Below, piece after piece: positions 9,878 to 20,296 of a stretch of DNA of 64,000 nt. The DNA is from an uncultured cyanobacterium. GTDB taxonomy: Bacteria; Cyanobacteriota; Cyanobacteriia; Cyanobacteriales; Cyanobacteriaceae. A program made the translations under genes and the position numbers. Below the pieces are notes generated by a model. That model was not told the DNA's origin. It saw only the letters and a program-made list of their open reading frames with translations, and did no database searches. Every line of letters begins with the position of its first letter. Positions within the stretch are counted from its first letter, which is position 1. The stretch is taken from assembly GCA_963710605.1 (NCBI GenBank), contig CAVQBA010000007.1, forward strand, positions 352,001 through 416,000, in the 5' to 3' direction.

Positions 9878-10897
9878 TTATAACTCAAATTTATCTAAAT
9901 GCCATTTGACGATCGTCTTCATATTAACTAAAGATAATTTATCATTTTTAACAGCAGAAGCGATCGCCTCGCCAGTAAATTGACTGGTAGTAACAATATA
10001 ACCACGCCATGCTTCGTTTTCTTCAATCACCCCTTTAAATTGTTGAATAGCTGGTCTGCCAACAGAGTTATTGTCACTATATCTTTTACATTGAACAATA
10101 ATTAATCCTTCTGGATGTCTAGCGAAACCATCAACTCCAGCATCATTTGACTTTTTAGTTACCCACGCTAACATTCCTTGATTTTGAAAAAATCCCATAA
10201 TATGTCTTTCAAATTCATAAGGATTCATTGCTAATAGTTTTTTCCTTAACTCCTCTTCTTTTTCAGGCATAACTTTAAACTCAGGCGAAGCAGGCTCTGA
10301 TTTCATCGCCTCTTGAAGATCTTTTTTAGCTCTTCTTAAAATTTCATCTTTAGTAATTAAAGCAACGACAACACTAAGATAATCTTGTGATTGTGATGTG
10401 CCTAAAAAAGTCTCTATGATTGAAGTTATACCAGCCGTACCTAAAAATATTAAAAGTAATACAGGTAATCCAATCCCCGTACCAAAAGCAACAATACCTG
10501 CACCCTGACCACCAACGACAGTGGCGGCAGTTAATGTAGCGGGGATAGCTATTTTCATTGGCAGGGATAAGTTAGAGTTTTGATAGCTTTTTACCATAGT
10601 CACCACACTATTAAACATTGCTTTGATGGTTTTTGCTGAGTCAATAGAAGAATATATTTTTTGACTTTTTTGAGTTAGAGAATAAGAAGGATTATCAATG
10701 ATTTCTCTAATTAACGTTAACCACAAAATAGCATCCAAACGATCTTGTTCTTCCGAAAAAGAAGCGATCGCAGAGTTAAATAGGCTGACTATCCATTCTC
10801 TTACTTGGTCGGTCATATTTGATTGATTTGCGATTAAAGAATCTTTTTTTTGATTAAAATCTTTCGTTGTTTGTTGCCAAAATTTATTAAAATCCAT
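9878..10897 (-). CDS. Mrr-family restriction endonuclease domain protein with hydrophobic hairpin
   Basis: C-terminal MNPYEFE...SNDAGVDG...IVQCKRY...VTTSQFT..A Mrr catalytic motifs. Confidence 0.82.
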   Translation of the reverse strand: MDFNKFWQQTTKDFNQKKDSLIANQSNMTDQVREWIVSLFNSAIASFSEEQDRLDAILWLTLIREIIDNPSYSLTQKSQKIYSSIDSAKTIKAMFNSVVTMVKSYQNSNLSLPMKIAIPATLTAATVVGGQGAGIVAFGTGIGLPVLLLIFLGTAGITSIIETFLGTSQSQDYLSVVVALITKDEILRRAKKDLQEAMKSEPASPEFKVMPEKEEELRKKLLAMNPYEFERHIMGFFQNQGMLAWVTKKSNDAGVDGFARHPEGLIIVQCKRYSDNNSVGRPAIQQFKGVIEENEAWRGYIVTTSQFTGEAIASAVKNDKLSLVNMKTIVKWHLDKFEL

Positions 10898-11063
10898 TGT
10901 CGATTAAATTTTCCCTCTTGATAAAAATTACGCTCTTAATTTGACTTAAAAATAATTTATACCATTCAAATATCATTAGTTGTGTAACTTGTAATTCGTA
11001 ATTGGTCGTGGAGATCGGGTATAATTATTGACTTGAATAGTCTATAAAAAATTTGTAAACTAA

Positions 11064-12422
11064 ATGATTCACGATATATTTATGCCAGCCCTGAGTTCGA
11101 CGATGACCGAGGGAAAAATCGTTTCATGGGAAAAAAAGCCGGGCGATAAAGTTGAGAAAGGAGAAACCGTTGTTGTCGTAGAATCAGACAAAGCGGATAT
11201 GGATGTCGAATCATTCTATTCTGGATATTTAGCCACTATTTTAGTCTCTGCAGGAGAAGAAGCACCTGTGGGAAATGCGATCGCATATATTGCCGAAACA
11301 GAAGCAGAAATAGAAGAAGCAACTAAAAAAGCAAGTTCAGGTAACACAAAATCTTCTGGTGATTCCCAAGAAATAGTCAAAGGTACAATCAAAAAAACTG
11401 AAGCAAAATCAGAGCCTCAGCCTGTTGCCTCTAATGGAGTTGCCTCAGCTACTACTACTAATACTTCACCAACTTCTGCACCTCCTGAGCGTAATGGTAG
11501 AATTATCGCCTCTCCACGAGCGAAAAAATTAGCTAAAGAATTAAAAGTCGATTTAGCTACTATTCAAGGCACGGGTATTAGAGGGCGTATTGTTGCTGAG
11601 GATATTGAAAAATCCGTAGGTCAAACTTCTACCACCACTACGGCTAAGCAAGTAACTTCATTTACACCAGCAACAACGACTTCAGCACCTACAACTACGA
11701 CTTCAGCACCTAGCCCTACCCCTGCACCAACACCTCAAAATAACCACGCAGGAGAAACCGTACCGTTTACCAGTTTACAACAAGCGGTAATACGGAATAT
11801 GATGGCAAGTTTACAAGTACCAACTTTCCAAGTTAGTTACGCCATCAATACCGACGCTTTAGATGAACTTCATCGTCAAATCAAACCTAAAGGTGTTACA
11901 ATCACCAATTTATTAGTAAAAGCGATCGCTGTTACTTTACAAAAACATCCTGTAGTTAATGCTAGCTTTACCTCTGCAGGTATTAAATACAACGAATCAA
12001 TTAATGTATCGATCGCTGTCACTATGCCTGATGGTGGTTTGATTACACCAGTAATTCAAAAAGCAGATCAAATTGACATTTATTCTTTAGCTCGTAACTG
12101 GAAAGATTTAGTTGCTCGTGCCAGAAGTAAACAATTACAACCAGATGAATATTCTAGTGGTACTTTTACCTTATCTAATTTAGGTATGTATGGTGTGGAT
12201 CAATTTACAGCTATCTTACCCCCAGGGCAAGGTTCAATTTTAAGTATCGGTGGGGTGACTCCTACTGTTGTCGTTGGCGGTAATGGTTTATTTGGTGTTA
12301 AAAAGCAAATGAAAGTTAACATTACTTGTGATCACCGTATTATTTATGGTGCTGATGCGGCGGCATTCCTCAAAGATTTAGCCGATTTAATTGAAAATAA
12401 TCCTCATTCTCTAACTCTGTAA
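11064..12422 (+). CDS. pdhC: Pyruvate dehydrogenase E2, dihydrolipoamide acetyltransferase
   Basis: Lipoyl VESDKA, E3-binding ASPRAKKLA, catalytic DHRIIYG. Confidence 0.95.
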   Translation: MIHDIFMPALSSTMTEGKIVSWEKKPGDKVEKGETVVVVESDKADMDVESFYSGYLATILVSAGEEAPVGNAIAYIAETEAEIEEATKKASSGNTKSSGDSQEIVKGTIKKTEAKSEPQPVASNGVASATTTNTSPTSAPPERNGRIIASPRAKKLAKELKVDLATIQGTGIRGRIVAEDIEKSVGQTSTTTTAKQVTSFTPATTTSAPTTTTSAPSPTPAPTPQNNHAGETVPFTSLQQAVIRNMMASLQVPTFQVSYAINTDALDELHRQIKPKGVTITNLLVKAIAVTLQKHPVVNASFTSAGIKYNESINVSIAVTMPDGGLITPVIQKADQIDIYSLARNWKDLVARARSKQLQPDEYSSGTFTLSNLGMYGVDQFTAILPPGQGSILSIGGVTPTVVVGGNGLFGVKKQMKVNITCDHRIIYGADAAAFLKDLADLIENNPHSLTL

Positions 12423-12477
12423 ATAGATTTAGATCGTATTTTTAATAGCGTTTATCAATCATATTTAGTACAGCTCG

Positions 12478-12510
12478 ATCCCCCTAAATCCCCCTTGTGA
12501 AGGGGGACTT
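12478..12510. repeat. Dispersed palindromic repeat (reverse complement AAGTCCCCCTTnnnAAGGGGGATTTAGGGGGAT)
   Basis: Same family as 59684-59761 and 60183-60221. Confidence 0.7.
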
Positions 12511-12590
12511 ACCATTGTTTATTGTTCGTAGTTGAGGCTTTAGCCTTAATTCTTAATTCTCAATTCTCAATTCTCAATTCTCAATTATAT

Positions 12591-13721
12591 ATGTACGATT
12601 GTATTATTGTCGGAGCAGGTCCTGCTGGAGCGAGTGCGGCTTATCATTTAGCGAAGAAGGGGGCATCGGTTTTACTGTTAGAACAAGCAAGTTTACCCCG
12701 TTATAAGCCCTGTGGCGGTGGTGTTTCTCCTGTTATTCAAGAATGGTTTGATTTTGATTTTTCTCCTGCTATTTCTCTTAAAAGTCCACGAGTTTATTGT
12801 ACTTGGGGCGATGAGGAAAAAGTAGAAGTTGATCTTGAAGATACGCCAATTTGGATGGTGAGAAGAGATGTATTTGATCATTTTTTAGTTAAACAAGCGA
12901 TCGCTCAAGGTGCTACTCTCAAAGACCAAACCCCCGTAACTTCGATCGAATTCAAAAATGATAGTTGGTTGGTTAATACAGCCAATGAAGTTTTTTCGGG
13001 ACGTTATTTAATCGGTGCTGATGGCTCAAAAGGCTCGATGGCAAAATGGTTAGGATTTACCAAACAAAAAAAATCGGTGGTGGGTGCATTAGAGTTAGAA
13101 ATACCTTCAACCTCACCTGTCAATGATGATACTTATTTTGAATTTGGTTTAGTCAAAAACGGTTATGCGTGGAATTTTCCTAAAGCTGATGGTTATTCGA
13201 TCGGTGCAGGTAGTTTCGCTAAAAAACGTCAAGCACAAAGTTTTCATAATCTGATTGAAGGTTATACTAATTCATTTAATTTAGATTTAGAAACGGGTAG
13301 TGAACATGGATATCCGATCGCATTATGGGATGGTAACCAAAAACTACATACCCAAAACGCTGTTTTAGCAGGAGAAGCGGCTTGTGTAGTCGATCCCTTT
13401 ACTGCCGAGGGGATTCGCCCTTCTATCTTTAGTGGTATTAAAGCCTCAGAAGCGATCGTTTCTGCATTAGCAGGAGAAACCAATGCTTTAGCTAAATACA
13501 GCGAAATTATGACCCAAGAATGGGGTACACAAATGGCTTGGGCATCTAAATTAGGAGGATTATTTTATCGTTTTCCCAAATTAGGTTATCAAGTTGGGGT
13601 CAAAAATCCCGCAGGAGGTAAAACCATGATGCAAGTATTTACCGGAAAATTAACTTATGAAGAAGTAGCAAATAAAGGAATTCGTTTGTTAACTAAAAAA
13701 GCAACATCTTTTATTCATTAA
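12591..13721 (+). CDS. Geranylgeranyl reductase family FAD-dependent oxidoreductase
   Basis: YDCIIVGAGPAG, PRYKPCGGG, GADG, GEAA..VDPFTAEGI; the longer track start (12522) translates AATTCTC repeats. Confidence 0.88.
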   Translation: MYDCIIVGAGPAGASAAYHLAKKGASVLLLEQASLPRYKPCGGGVSPVIQEWFDFDFSPAISLKSPRVYCTWGDEEKVEVDLEDTPIWMVRRDVFDHFLVKQAIAQGATLKDQTPVTSIEFKNDSWLVNTANEVFSGRYLIGADGSKGSMAKWLGFTKQKKSVVGALELEIPSTSPVNDDTYFEFGLVKNGYAWNFPKADGYSIGAGSFAKKRQAQSFHNLIEGYTNSFNLDLETGSEHGYPIALWDGNQKLHTQNAVLAGEAACVVDPFTAEGIRPSIFSGIKASEAIVSALAGETNALAKYSEIMTQEWGTQMAWASKLGGLFYRFPKLGYQVGVKNPAGGKTMMQVFTGKLTYEEVANKGIRLLTKKATSFIH

Positions 13722-13795
13722 CAATTGAAAGAAATCTCTTTTAAAATAAATCCTATTTCAAATTCGTCTATATTTATTTATCATAATAATCTTCA

Positions 13796-14923
13796 ATGAC
13801 GGCTAACGAAACTCGTTCAACTAATGGGGTTAATAACACACCCACCAATATTTCCTTAAATTATTTTTACGATCGCCCCGGAAGCTTACCTGGGACAATT
13901 TCTGTTGTCAAAAAAGCGAAAACTCCTGAAATTGTTTTAACTGAATACAACGAAAATCAATATAAACGTCTGGCTAATATAACACCAGTTGAATGTGCCT
14001 CTTCTATTAATTCTGAATTTGTGTCTTGGATTGATGTACGTGGTTTAGGTGATCAAACTACTTTAGAACAGTTAGGAGAAGTTTTTCAGCTTCATCCTTT
14101 AGTATTAGAAGATATAGTTAATGTACCTCAACGTCCAAAATTAGAAGATCATCAAAACCAATTATTAATTATCACTCAGATGGTAAACCTTAAATCTAAA
14201 AAGAAGGGGTTTTGGTTAGAACAAGTAAGTTTTGTTTTAGGTAAAGATTACTTATTGACAGTACAAGAAGAGCCAAAAAGAGATTGTTTTAATCCTATAC
14301 GCGATCGCTTAGAGAAAAGTAAAGGAAATATTCGTACCTCTCAAGCCGATTACCTCACTTATGCACTTTGGGATACTATCATTGATGGCTATTATTTTGT
14401 TTTAGAAATGTACAGTGAAAAAATCGAAACATTAGAAGACTTAGTCGTTAAAAACCCAACAGAGAAAACCTTAGCTAAAATTCATCGTCTCAAACGTGAA
14501 CTTCTTACTTTACGCCGTGCTATTTTACCTCAAAGATATGCTTTGAATACTTTGATTAGAGATGGACATTCTTTAGTGGATGATGATCTTTTGCGTTATT
14601 TTAAAGATTGTTATGATCACACAGTCCAAATTATCGACACGATCGAAATTTATCGAGAATTAGCATCTGGCTTAATGGATATTTATCTATCGGCGGCTAG
14701 TAATAAAATGAATGAGGTGATGAAACTACTCACCATTATTTCGACCATATTTATCCCCTTGACTTTCATTGTCGGGGTTTATGGTATGAATTTTAACCAC
14801 GAAGCTTCTCCTTGGAATATGCCCGAATTAGATTGGTATTGGGGTTATCCTCTTTGTTTAGCTATCATGCTGGTGATTGCAATTGCTTTATATATTTATT
14901 TTTGGCGAAAAGGATGGCTGTGA
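13796..14923 (+). CDS. corA: Magnesium/cobalt transporter CorA
   Basis: HPLVLEDI, YGMNF signature, MPEL.W.WGY. Confidence 0.95.
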   Translation: MTANETRSTNGVNNTPTNISLNYFYDRPGSLPGTISVVKKAKTPEIVLTEYNENQYKRLANITPVECASSINSEFVSWIDVRGLGDQTTLEQLGEVFQLHPLVLEDIVNVPQRPKLEDHQNQLLIITQMVNLKSKKKGFWLEQVSFVLGKDYLLTVQEEPKRDCFNPIRDRLEKSKGNIRTSQADYLTYALWDTIIDGYYFVLEMYSEKIETLEDLVVKNPTEKTLAKIHRLKRELLTLRRAILPQRYALNTLIRDGHSLVDDDLLRYFKDCYDHTVQIIDTIEIYRELASGLMDIYLSAASNKMNEVMKLLTIISTIFIPLTFIVGVYGMNFNHEASPWNMPELDWYWGYPLCLAIMLVIAIALYIYFWRKGWL

Positions 14924-15079
14924 GAAAAATGGAGAATTGAGAATTGAGATGAATTCTTGCTTAAAGCAATTATTCGGTGAGAATTGAGATGAATTATATA
15001 TATCTATAGCCAAAAACTGAAAAATCAATTATGATAAATTTTTGATTAATAAAATCATTGTGAACCTAACTAATCAGTT

Positions 15080-15400
15080 ATGAGTGAAAATGTGGAGCAG
15101 AGTTTACTAAAAGAAGAATTACATAAATCAATTCAAACTATCGAAGAGTTAGCTGAAAAATCAGAAGATGATATTTTTGCGATACTTTTGATTTTGAGAG
15201 AGTTAGAATCGCTACACCGAACTATTAGGACTCAAATGTTTGAACCGAGTTTACCTGATACCCGTCATCATCTTTATATATTGATGAAACACCTTGAGGA
15301 AGTTGGTGGCTGGCCATATATTGAAAGGATGAGACTTAGAAGTATTTGCCAGAATTTGGTTGTCAAAGAGGAAAACACGTCTTCAACTGAAACTGACTAA
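15080..15400 (+). CDS. Conserved cyanobacterial hypothetical protein
   Basis: LRELESLHR.IR...F..SLPDTRH.LY...GGWPYIERMRL pattern. Confidence 0.75.
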   Translation: MSENVEQSLLKEELHKSIQTIEELAEKSEDDIFAILLILRELESLHRTIRTQMFEPSLPDTRHHLYILMKHLEEVGGWPYIERMRLRSICQNLVVKEENTSSTETD

Positions 15401-15614
15401 TAATATCTATTAAGAAGGTGGTTGTTGATCCAATTTTTTGATTAATTAACCGCCTTTGACGATCGTACTATTTCTTCTTCTAATCTATCTTCATTGTAAA
15501 GTGCTTCAATAGATATCGATCGGGCTTTTGCCTGCCACTACGTAATTGATGTTTTTTAGTTATTTGAGCGAATGCGTTGGTCAAATAATGGAGCTACTTT
15601 TGAGCGATCGTATC

Positions 15615-15706
15615 TATAGCAAAGGGCACTCGTGCAAAGGTAAAATGCTTATATATTAATAGTTTGAGCCTTTACATTTGTCCTAACTGTTATGGCTACT
15701 GCTATA
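15615..15706. mobile_element. MITE-like element with TATAGCA...TGCTATA ends
   Basis: Terminal inverted TATAGCA/TGCTATA; internal AAAGGGCACTCGTGCAAAG recurs at about 49458-49476. Confidence 0.55.
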
Positions 15707-15862
15707 TTACCTAAAGAAAATAAATATAATTCGCTTCTAAGTACAGGACAAAAAATTAAGAGAAAATTGACTGTAGTAGGATAGTTAATCATTTTGCGTT
15801 ACTATTAATCAATAATAGTTTAATTTTATTTAATTAACTTCACAGGTTTTTTTGTACTAGCT

Positions 15863-16315
15863 ATGTATATTGGCACGAAAGAAGCATCGACTTTATTAAA
15901 TATTTCTCAAAATAGACTCTCTCAGCTATTACTTCAAAAAAGAGTCAGAGGAGCTTACAAGTCTGGTGGTATTTGGATTATTCCCCTTTATGGTCAATTA
16001 CCTGAAATTATTGATGGTCAACGAGGAAAAAAAGGAACTTGGAATCGTCAACGTAAACAGCGTAAATCGATCGTTCACGTTAATTCTCAAAACATAAAGC
16101 ATAATAGTAAGCACAAAGATAAACCAAAACCTGTAATCATCGTCAAAGGTAAAGAAAAGGGTTGTGTGAGTTATTTAGAAATTCCCTGTGCTTCTCGAAT
16201 ATATTATCGGTCTGATAAGCCATTACATTCTGGAGCAAAAGTTTGGATTGAAGTAGATTGTCCTAATTTAATCAGTTTACAACCCAAAAATAATATTATG
16301 AATCATCTTGCCTAA
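15863..16315 (+). CDS. Excisionase-like HTH DNA-binding protein with uncharacterised C-terminal domain
   Basis: IGTKEASTLLNIS..RL.QLL...RV.GA.K...WIIP HTH; C-terminal VHVN...PVI.VK...KPLHSGAKVWIE. Confidence 0.75.
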   Translation: MYIGTKEASTLLNISQNRLSQLLLQKRVRGAYKSGGIWIIPLYGQLPEIIDGQRGKKGTWNRQRKQRKSIVHVNSQNIKHNSKHKDKPKPVIIVKGKEKGCVSYLEIPCASRIYYRSDKPLHSGAKVWIEVDCPNLISLQPKNNIMNHLA

Positions 16316-16396
16316 GTAAGAAACCTGCCTATAAGTAAAGTAGCAACTAAGCGAGGTTAATAATGATATTTGATTTTGGTAGTTTGTGCGATCGTA

Positions 16397-16954
16397 CTAT
16401 ATATCTTTTTTTTCTTGTTTAATTTTTTGTAATTCTATTTTAAATTCTAATATTAAATATTTTAAAAACATTGGGATATAAAAACCTATTAAAGACCAAA
16501 TAATTGCCGAAATTGCTAACCAAGCTCTGTAATTTAATAAGTATTTTGTGTAGGAAAAAAATAAACCTCCGAATAAACTTATAGATATTAGCAATAAAAT
16601 AGGAATAGTTTCAAGACAATAATACATATATGTGTATCTCGATAATATTTCATTATTTTCGGTGCTAATAGTAATATTGCCACCAAAAATATTATAAAAT
16701 GTCTTTGTTATGGCAGTATGCTTTTGATACTTTACAATGATAAAAATATACTCTACAGCTAGAAAGTTAAAAGAAGAATCGTATAATAGGTAATTATCTA
16801 AAAAATCTGGCTTCTCTTCTTACAGATTAACTTTAATTATTTTATACTTATCTGGATATTTAACGAGATTATAAAAATTTGTTATCCAAATAAATAAAGT
16901 AACAAAAATACCGATACATAATTCAGTTATCATACATATAATGATTGATTTCAT
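16397..16954 (-). pseudogene. Degraded AT-rich membrane-protein gene
   Basis: The frame of the 76-aa track ORF stays open upstream (EEKPDFLDNYLL...) to an in-frame TAA near 16820; an ATG-led hydrophobic N-terminus near 16954 is out of frame. Confidence 0.35.
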
Positions 16955-17005
16955 GATATTAAAATTATTTTTTCGATTTAGATAATAATTTACTTCAATT
17001 ACTCA

Positions 17006-18490
17006 TTAATCCTCTTGTTTCCATTCAGGTTTTGACTCAGCGGCTTTAGGAGATTGAAAATTTTCTGGTTTTTTCAATCGATATGACACTACATTACTCG
17101 GCTTTTGTGGTGCTACTTTTGGTTTAATCGCTTCTTTTCTTTTATCAGATGTTCTTTCTTCACTTGTGTCTTGTGCAATTAATTCATAAAGGATAGCTAA
17201 TTTATCGGTTTCTCCTTTTCGTAATATTCGCCCTAGTCTTTGGACATATTCTCGATTTGAAGCTGTACCTGAAATGATGACAGCTATTTTCGCCGAAGGC
17301 ACATCAACTCCTTCATTTAAAACATGAGAAGCAACGATCGTTTTATACTCTCCTGCTTTATACTTAGTTAAAATTAAATGACGCTCTTTCACTGGAGTTT
17401 GATGAGTAATGGCAGGTATTAAATATTCTTGAGAAATACGATAAACCGTAGCGTTATCGTTAGTAAAAATCAGCATCTTATCTGGATAATGCTTTTGAAT
17501 TAGTTCGGTTAAAACTTTTAATTTAGCAGTTGTACCTAAAGCTATTTCTTTCGCTCGACGATGGGCTAACATTGCTCTTCTTCCTGCTTGAGATGAGGCA
17601 CTAGCTTTAACAAACAATTCCCATCCTTTTAAACTTGATAGGTAGATATTGTTGTTACGTAAAAAAGTATTTCTAGTTTCGATCGCTTTGGTATATTCAG
17701 TTTTCTCCTCTGTAGTTAACTCAACCTTAATTGGTTTGACTTGATATTTAGCTAAAGTATTACCCGATAATTCCTGCGGTGTTTTACGATAAACAACCTT
17801 CCCGATTAATTGATTTAATTGCTGATGTGAGCCATCTTCTCTTTCAGGTGTAGCTGTTAAACCCAGACGATAAGGGGCGATCGATTCTTCGGCAATAACT
17901 CGAAAAAAATCGGTAGGTAAATGATGGCATTCATCGAAAATAAGTAAACCATAACTACTACCTAAAGTTTGAGCATGAATTGCCGCACTATGATAAGTAG
18001 AGATTAACACAGAAGTTCGATCGCTACTGCCTCCTCCTAATAAACCTAATTCGACGTTCTCAAAACAAGCCTCAATTTCTGCATACCATTGGTGCATCAA
18101 ATCTAAAGTTGGCACCATAATCAAAGTATTACGAGGAGTAGAAGCCATCGCTAGTTGGGCTAAATAGGTCTTTCCTGCTCCTGTAGGTAGCACAACTACC
18201 CCCTGACGATTTGCTTGTTTCCATGCTTCTAAGGCTTCAGTTTGATGGGGATATGGCTCTTTTGGCGATCGCATCACCATTTCTAAAGGAAAAAAGTCTT
18301 TAGCAACATCAATAAAGTCAATATTATTCTTTTGTAATGTTTCAACTAAAGCCCGATAATCTGTGGCTTGGATTCTAAATTTTTCGATTCTGTCATCCCA
18401 AACGGCGTAATCTATCCATGCTTTACCTTTTGGCGGTGGGTGTAATATTAATGTTCCTCGATCGTAACTTAATCTACTTTTTCGAGCCAT
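17006..18490 (-). CDS. DEAD/DEAH-box helicase, XPB/Rad25 (ResIII)-like
   Basis: LPTGAGKT, DECHH, GLTATPER, EGVDVP, QRLGRILR; likely start MARKSR at 18490. Confidence 0.9.
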   Translation of the reverse strand: MARKSRLSYDRGTLILHPPPKGKAWIDYAVWDDRIEKFRIQATDYRALVETLQKNNIDFIDVAKDFFPLEMVMRSPKEPYPHQTEALEAWKQANRQGVVVLPTGAGKTYLAQLAMASTPRNTLIMVPTLDLMHQWYAEIEACFENVELGLLGGGSSDRTSVLISTYHSAAIHAQTLGSSYGLLIFDECHHLPTDFFRVIAEESIAPYRLGLTATPEREDGSHQQLNQLIGKVVYRKTPQELSGNTLAKYQVKPIKVELTTEEKTEYTKAIETRNTFLRNNNIYLSSLKGWELFVKASASSQAGRRAMLAHRRAKEIALGTTAKLKVLTELIQKHYPDKMLIFTNDNATVYRISQEYLIPAITHQTPVKERHLILTKYKAGEYKTIVASHVLNEGVDVPSAKIAVIISGTASNREYVQRLGRILRKGETDKLAILYELIAQDTSEERTSDKRKEAIKPKVAPQKPSNVVSYRLKKPENFQSPKAAESKPEWKQED

Positions 18491-18753
18491 GTTTAAATAA
18501 TTGATAATTAAAAATTTTAGTGCAAGAAGTTTGGTTACACAAGCATCAATTGTCAATTGTTTTATAGATCTATTTAGGACTATTCAATTTACTAGGAAAC
18601 AAGGCACTTAGACCTGATCATAGTGAGATTCACATAGTAGTCATCGATGTAGTATAAAATGAAATAGAAAGACCAAAAAAAATAGAAATTATTCAATCTT
18701 ACTTATGGAGAAAGAAATAGACAAATTTGCCCAAAAATAAGTTTAATTACAGC

Positions 18754-18870
18754 TATAGCATTCCTGAATCATTCATGAGAATTTACCATACATGAATAAC
18801 TTAGGAAATTGAAAAATTTGTTTATGAGTTACAAACTCAAACAAATATTTAACTATCTAGGATTGCTATA
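18754..18870. mobile_element. MITE-like element, 117 bp, with TATAGCA(T/A)TCCT terminal inverted repeats
   Basis: TATAGCATTCCT at 18754 and AGGATTGCTATA ending at 18870 (11/12 inverted match). Confidence 0.65.
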
Positions 18871-20086
18871 TTAACTCAAAATCAGTAAATCTTTCTACAC
18901 AACGAGCAAAAATTTCTACACCCATACTTAAAACGGTCTCATCAAAATCAAAACGGGGGTGATGATGAGGAAAATCTAAACCTAAATTACTGTTAGCCGA
19001 ACCTAAGAAGAAATAACAGCCGGGTACTTTCTCTAAAAAGAATGACATATCTTCTCCCCCCATAGTTTGACATTCAGGCACTACTCCCAAAGGAGTTTCC
19101 ACCACTTCCAAAGCTATAGATTTAACTAGTTGAGTTATTCGAGGATGATTAATAACCGGAGGACATAAGCACCAATAATTTAATTCATATTGAGCTCTAT
19201 GACATTGACAAATTCCTGCAATAATCTCTTCTATTCTCTGCTTCATGAATTTTTTTAAGCCAAGATTAAAATAACGGACAGTACCACTTATTTTTGCTCT
19301 ATCAGCAATCACATTTAAGGCAGTACCAGCATGAAATTCACCGACAGTTACTACCGCCGAATCGATGGGCGAAACATTACGAGAAACTACAGTTTGTAAA
19401 GCATTAACAATTTCTGCACCGACTACCACAGAATCGATCGTTTGTTGAGGGATAGCTCCATGTCCTCCTTTCCCAAAAAGATTACATTTAAACGATTCCG
19501 ATGCCGCCATTAATGCTCCTTCTCTGACTCCCACAGTACCTAAAGGCAAATGATTCCACAAATGCAGACCGATAATAGCAGAAACATCCGGATTAGATAG
19601 TACCCCTTCTTCAATCATTGCTTTAGCACCACCTGCCCCTTCTTCTGCGGGCTGAAAGATAATTTTGACCGTTCCAGACCATTTATTGGTATTATGTGCC
19701 AGATAATAGGCAATTCCTAAGGCGATCGCTGTGTGTCCATCATGACCACAGGCGTGCATAATACCATCATGACGAGAACAATAGGATACTTGATTTTCTT
19801 CTTGAATTGGCAACGCATCCATATCGGCACGAATAGCTAAGACTTTACCTGGATTATTACTAACGATCGTAGCGACAACACCTGTTTTAGCAACTTGTGT
19901 CTGATGAGGTATATTCCATTGCTGTAATTTTTGAGCGATAAAACCAGCCGTAAATCGTTCCTGAAAACCTAATTCTGGATTTTGATGAAATTTTCTTCGC
20001 CATTGTGCTAGCTGAGGTTGTAATTCTAAAATTGAAGGGCGAATTTCTTGAGTGTTGACTTTTAAGAGATTATTTTTTCTTTCCAT
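18866..20086 (-). CDS. M20 family amidohydrolase (N-acyl-L-amino acid amidohydrolase type)
   Basis: HQNPELGFQE, RADMDALP, MHACGHDGH, QPAEEG, GGHGA, GGEDM, HHHPRF. Confidence 0.93.
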   Translation of the reverse strand: MERKNNLLKVNTQEIRPSILELQPQLAQWRRKFHQNPELGFQERFTAGFIAQKLQQWNIPHQTQVAKTGVVATIVSNNPGKVLAIRADMDALPIQEENQVSYCSRHDGIMHACGHDGHTAIALGIAYYLAHNTNKWSGTVKIIFQPAEEGAGGAKAMIEEGVLSNPDVSAIIGLHLWNHLPLGTVGVREGALMAASESFKCNLFGKGGHGAIPQQTIDSVVVGAEIVNALQTVVSRNVSPIDSAVVTVGEFHAGTALNVIADRAKISGTVRYFNLGLKKFMKQRIEEIIAGICQCHRAQYELNYWCLCPPVINHPRITQLVKSIALEVVETPLGVVPECQTMGGEDMSFFLEKVPGCYFFLGSANSNLGLDFPHHHPRFDFDETVLSMGVEIFARCVERFTDFELI

Positions 20087-20296
20087 TTTGATAATTAGTT
20101 AGATTCCTATAACGCAAGAACCTATCCTACTATTCTTGAAATATTTCACCTAAGTTGCTAGTTATCAAAAATCATCTAAATTAGAGATAAAAAAGCGTTA
20201 TTCGAGAGAAAAATAACAGTAATTTTAGATAGTAAGTAGAAACTTGCGTTATTTATATTTACATTGTGACCAATCTAATCTATTAGACTAGTTTTC

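Noticed and set aside
12522-12590. N-terminal extensions of track ORFs (also 31409-31447 and 6861-6938)
   Set aside because: Upstream TTG starts in or beside heptamer repeats; downstream ATGs match family starts
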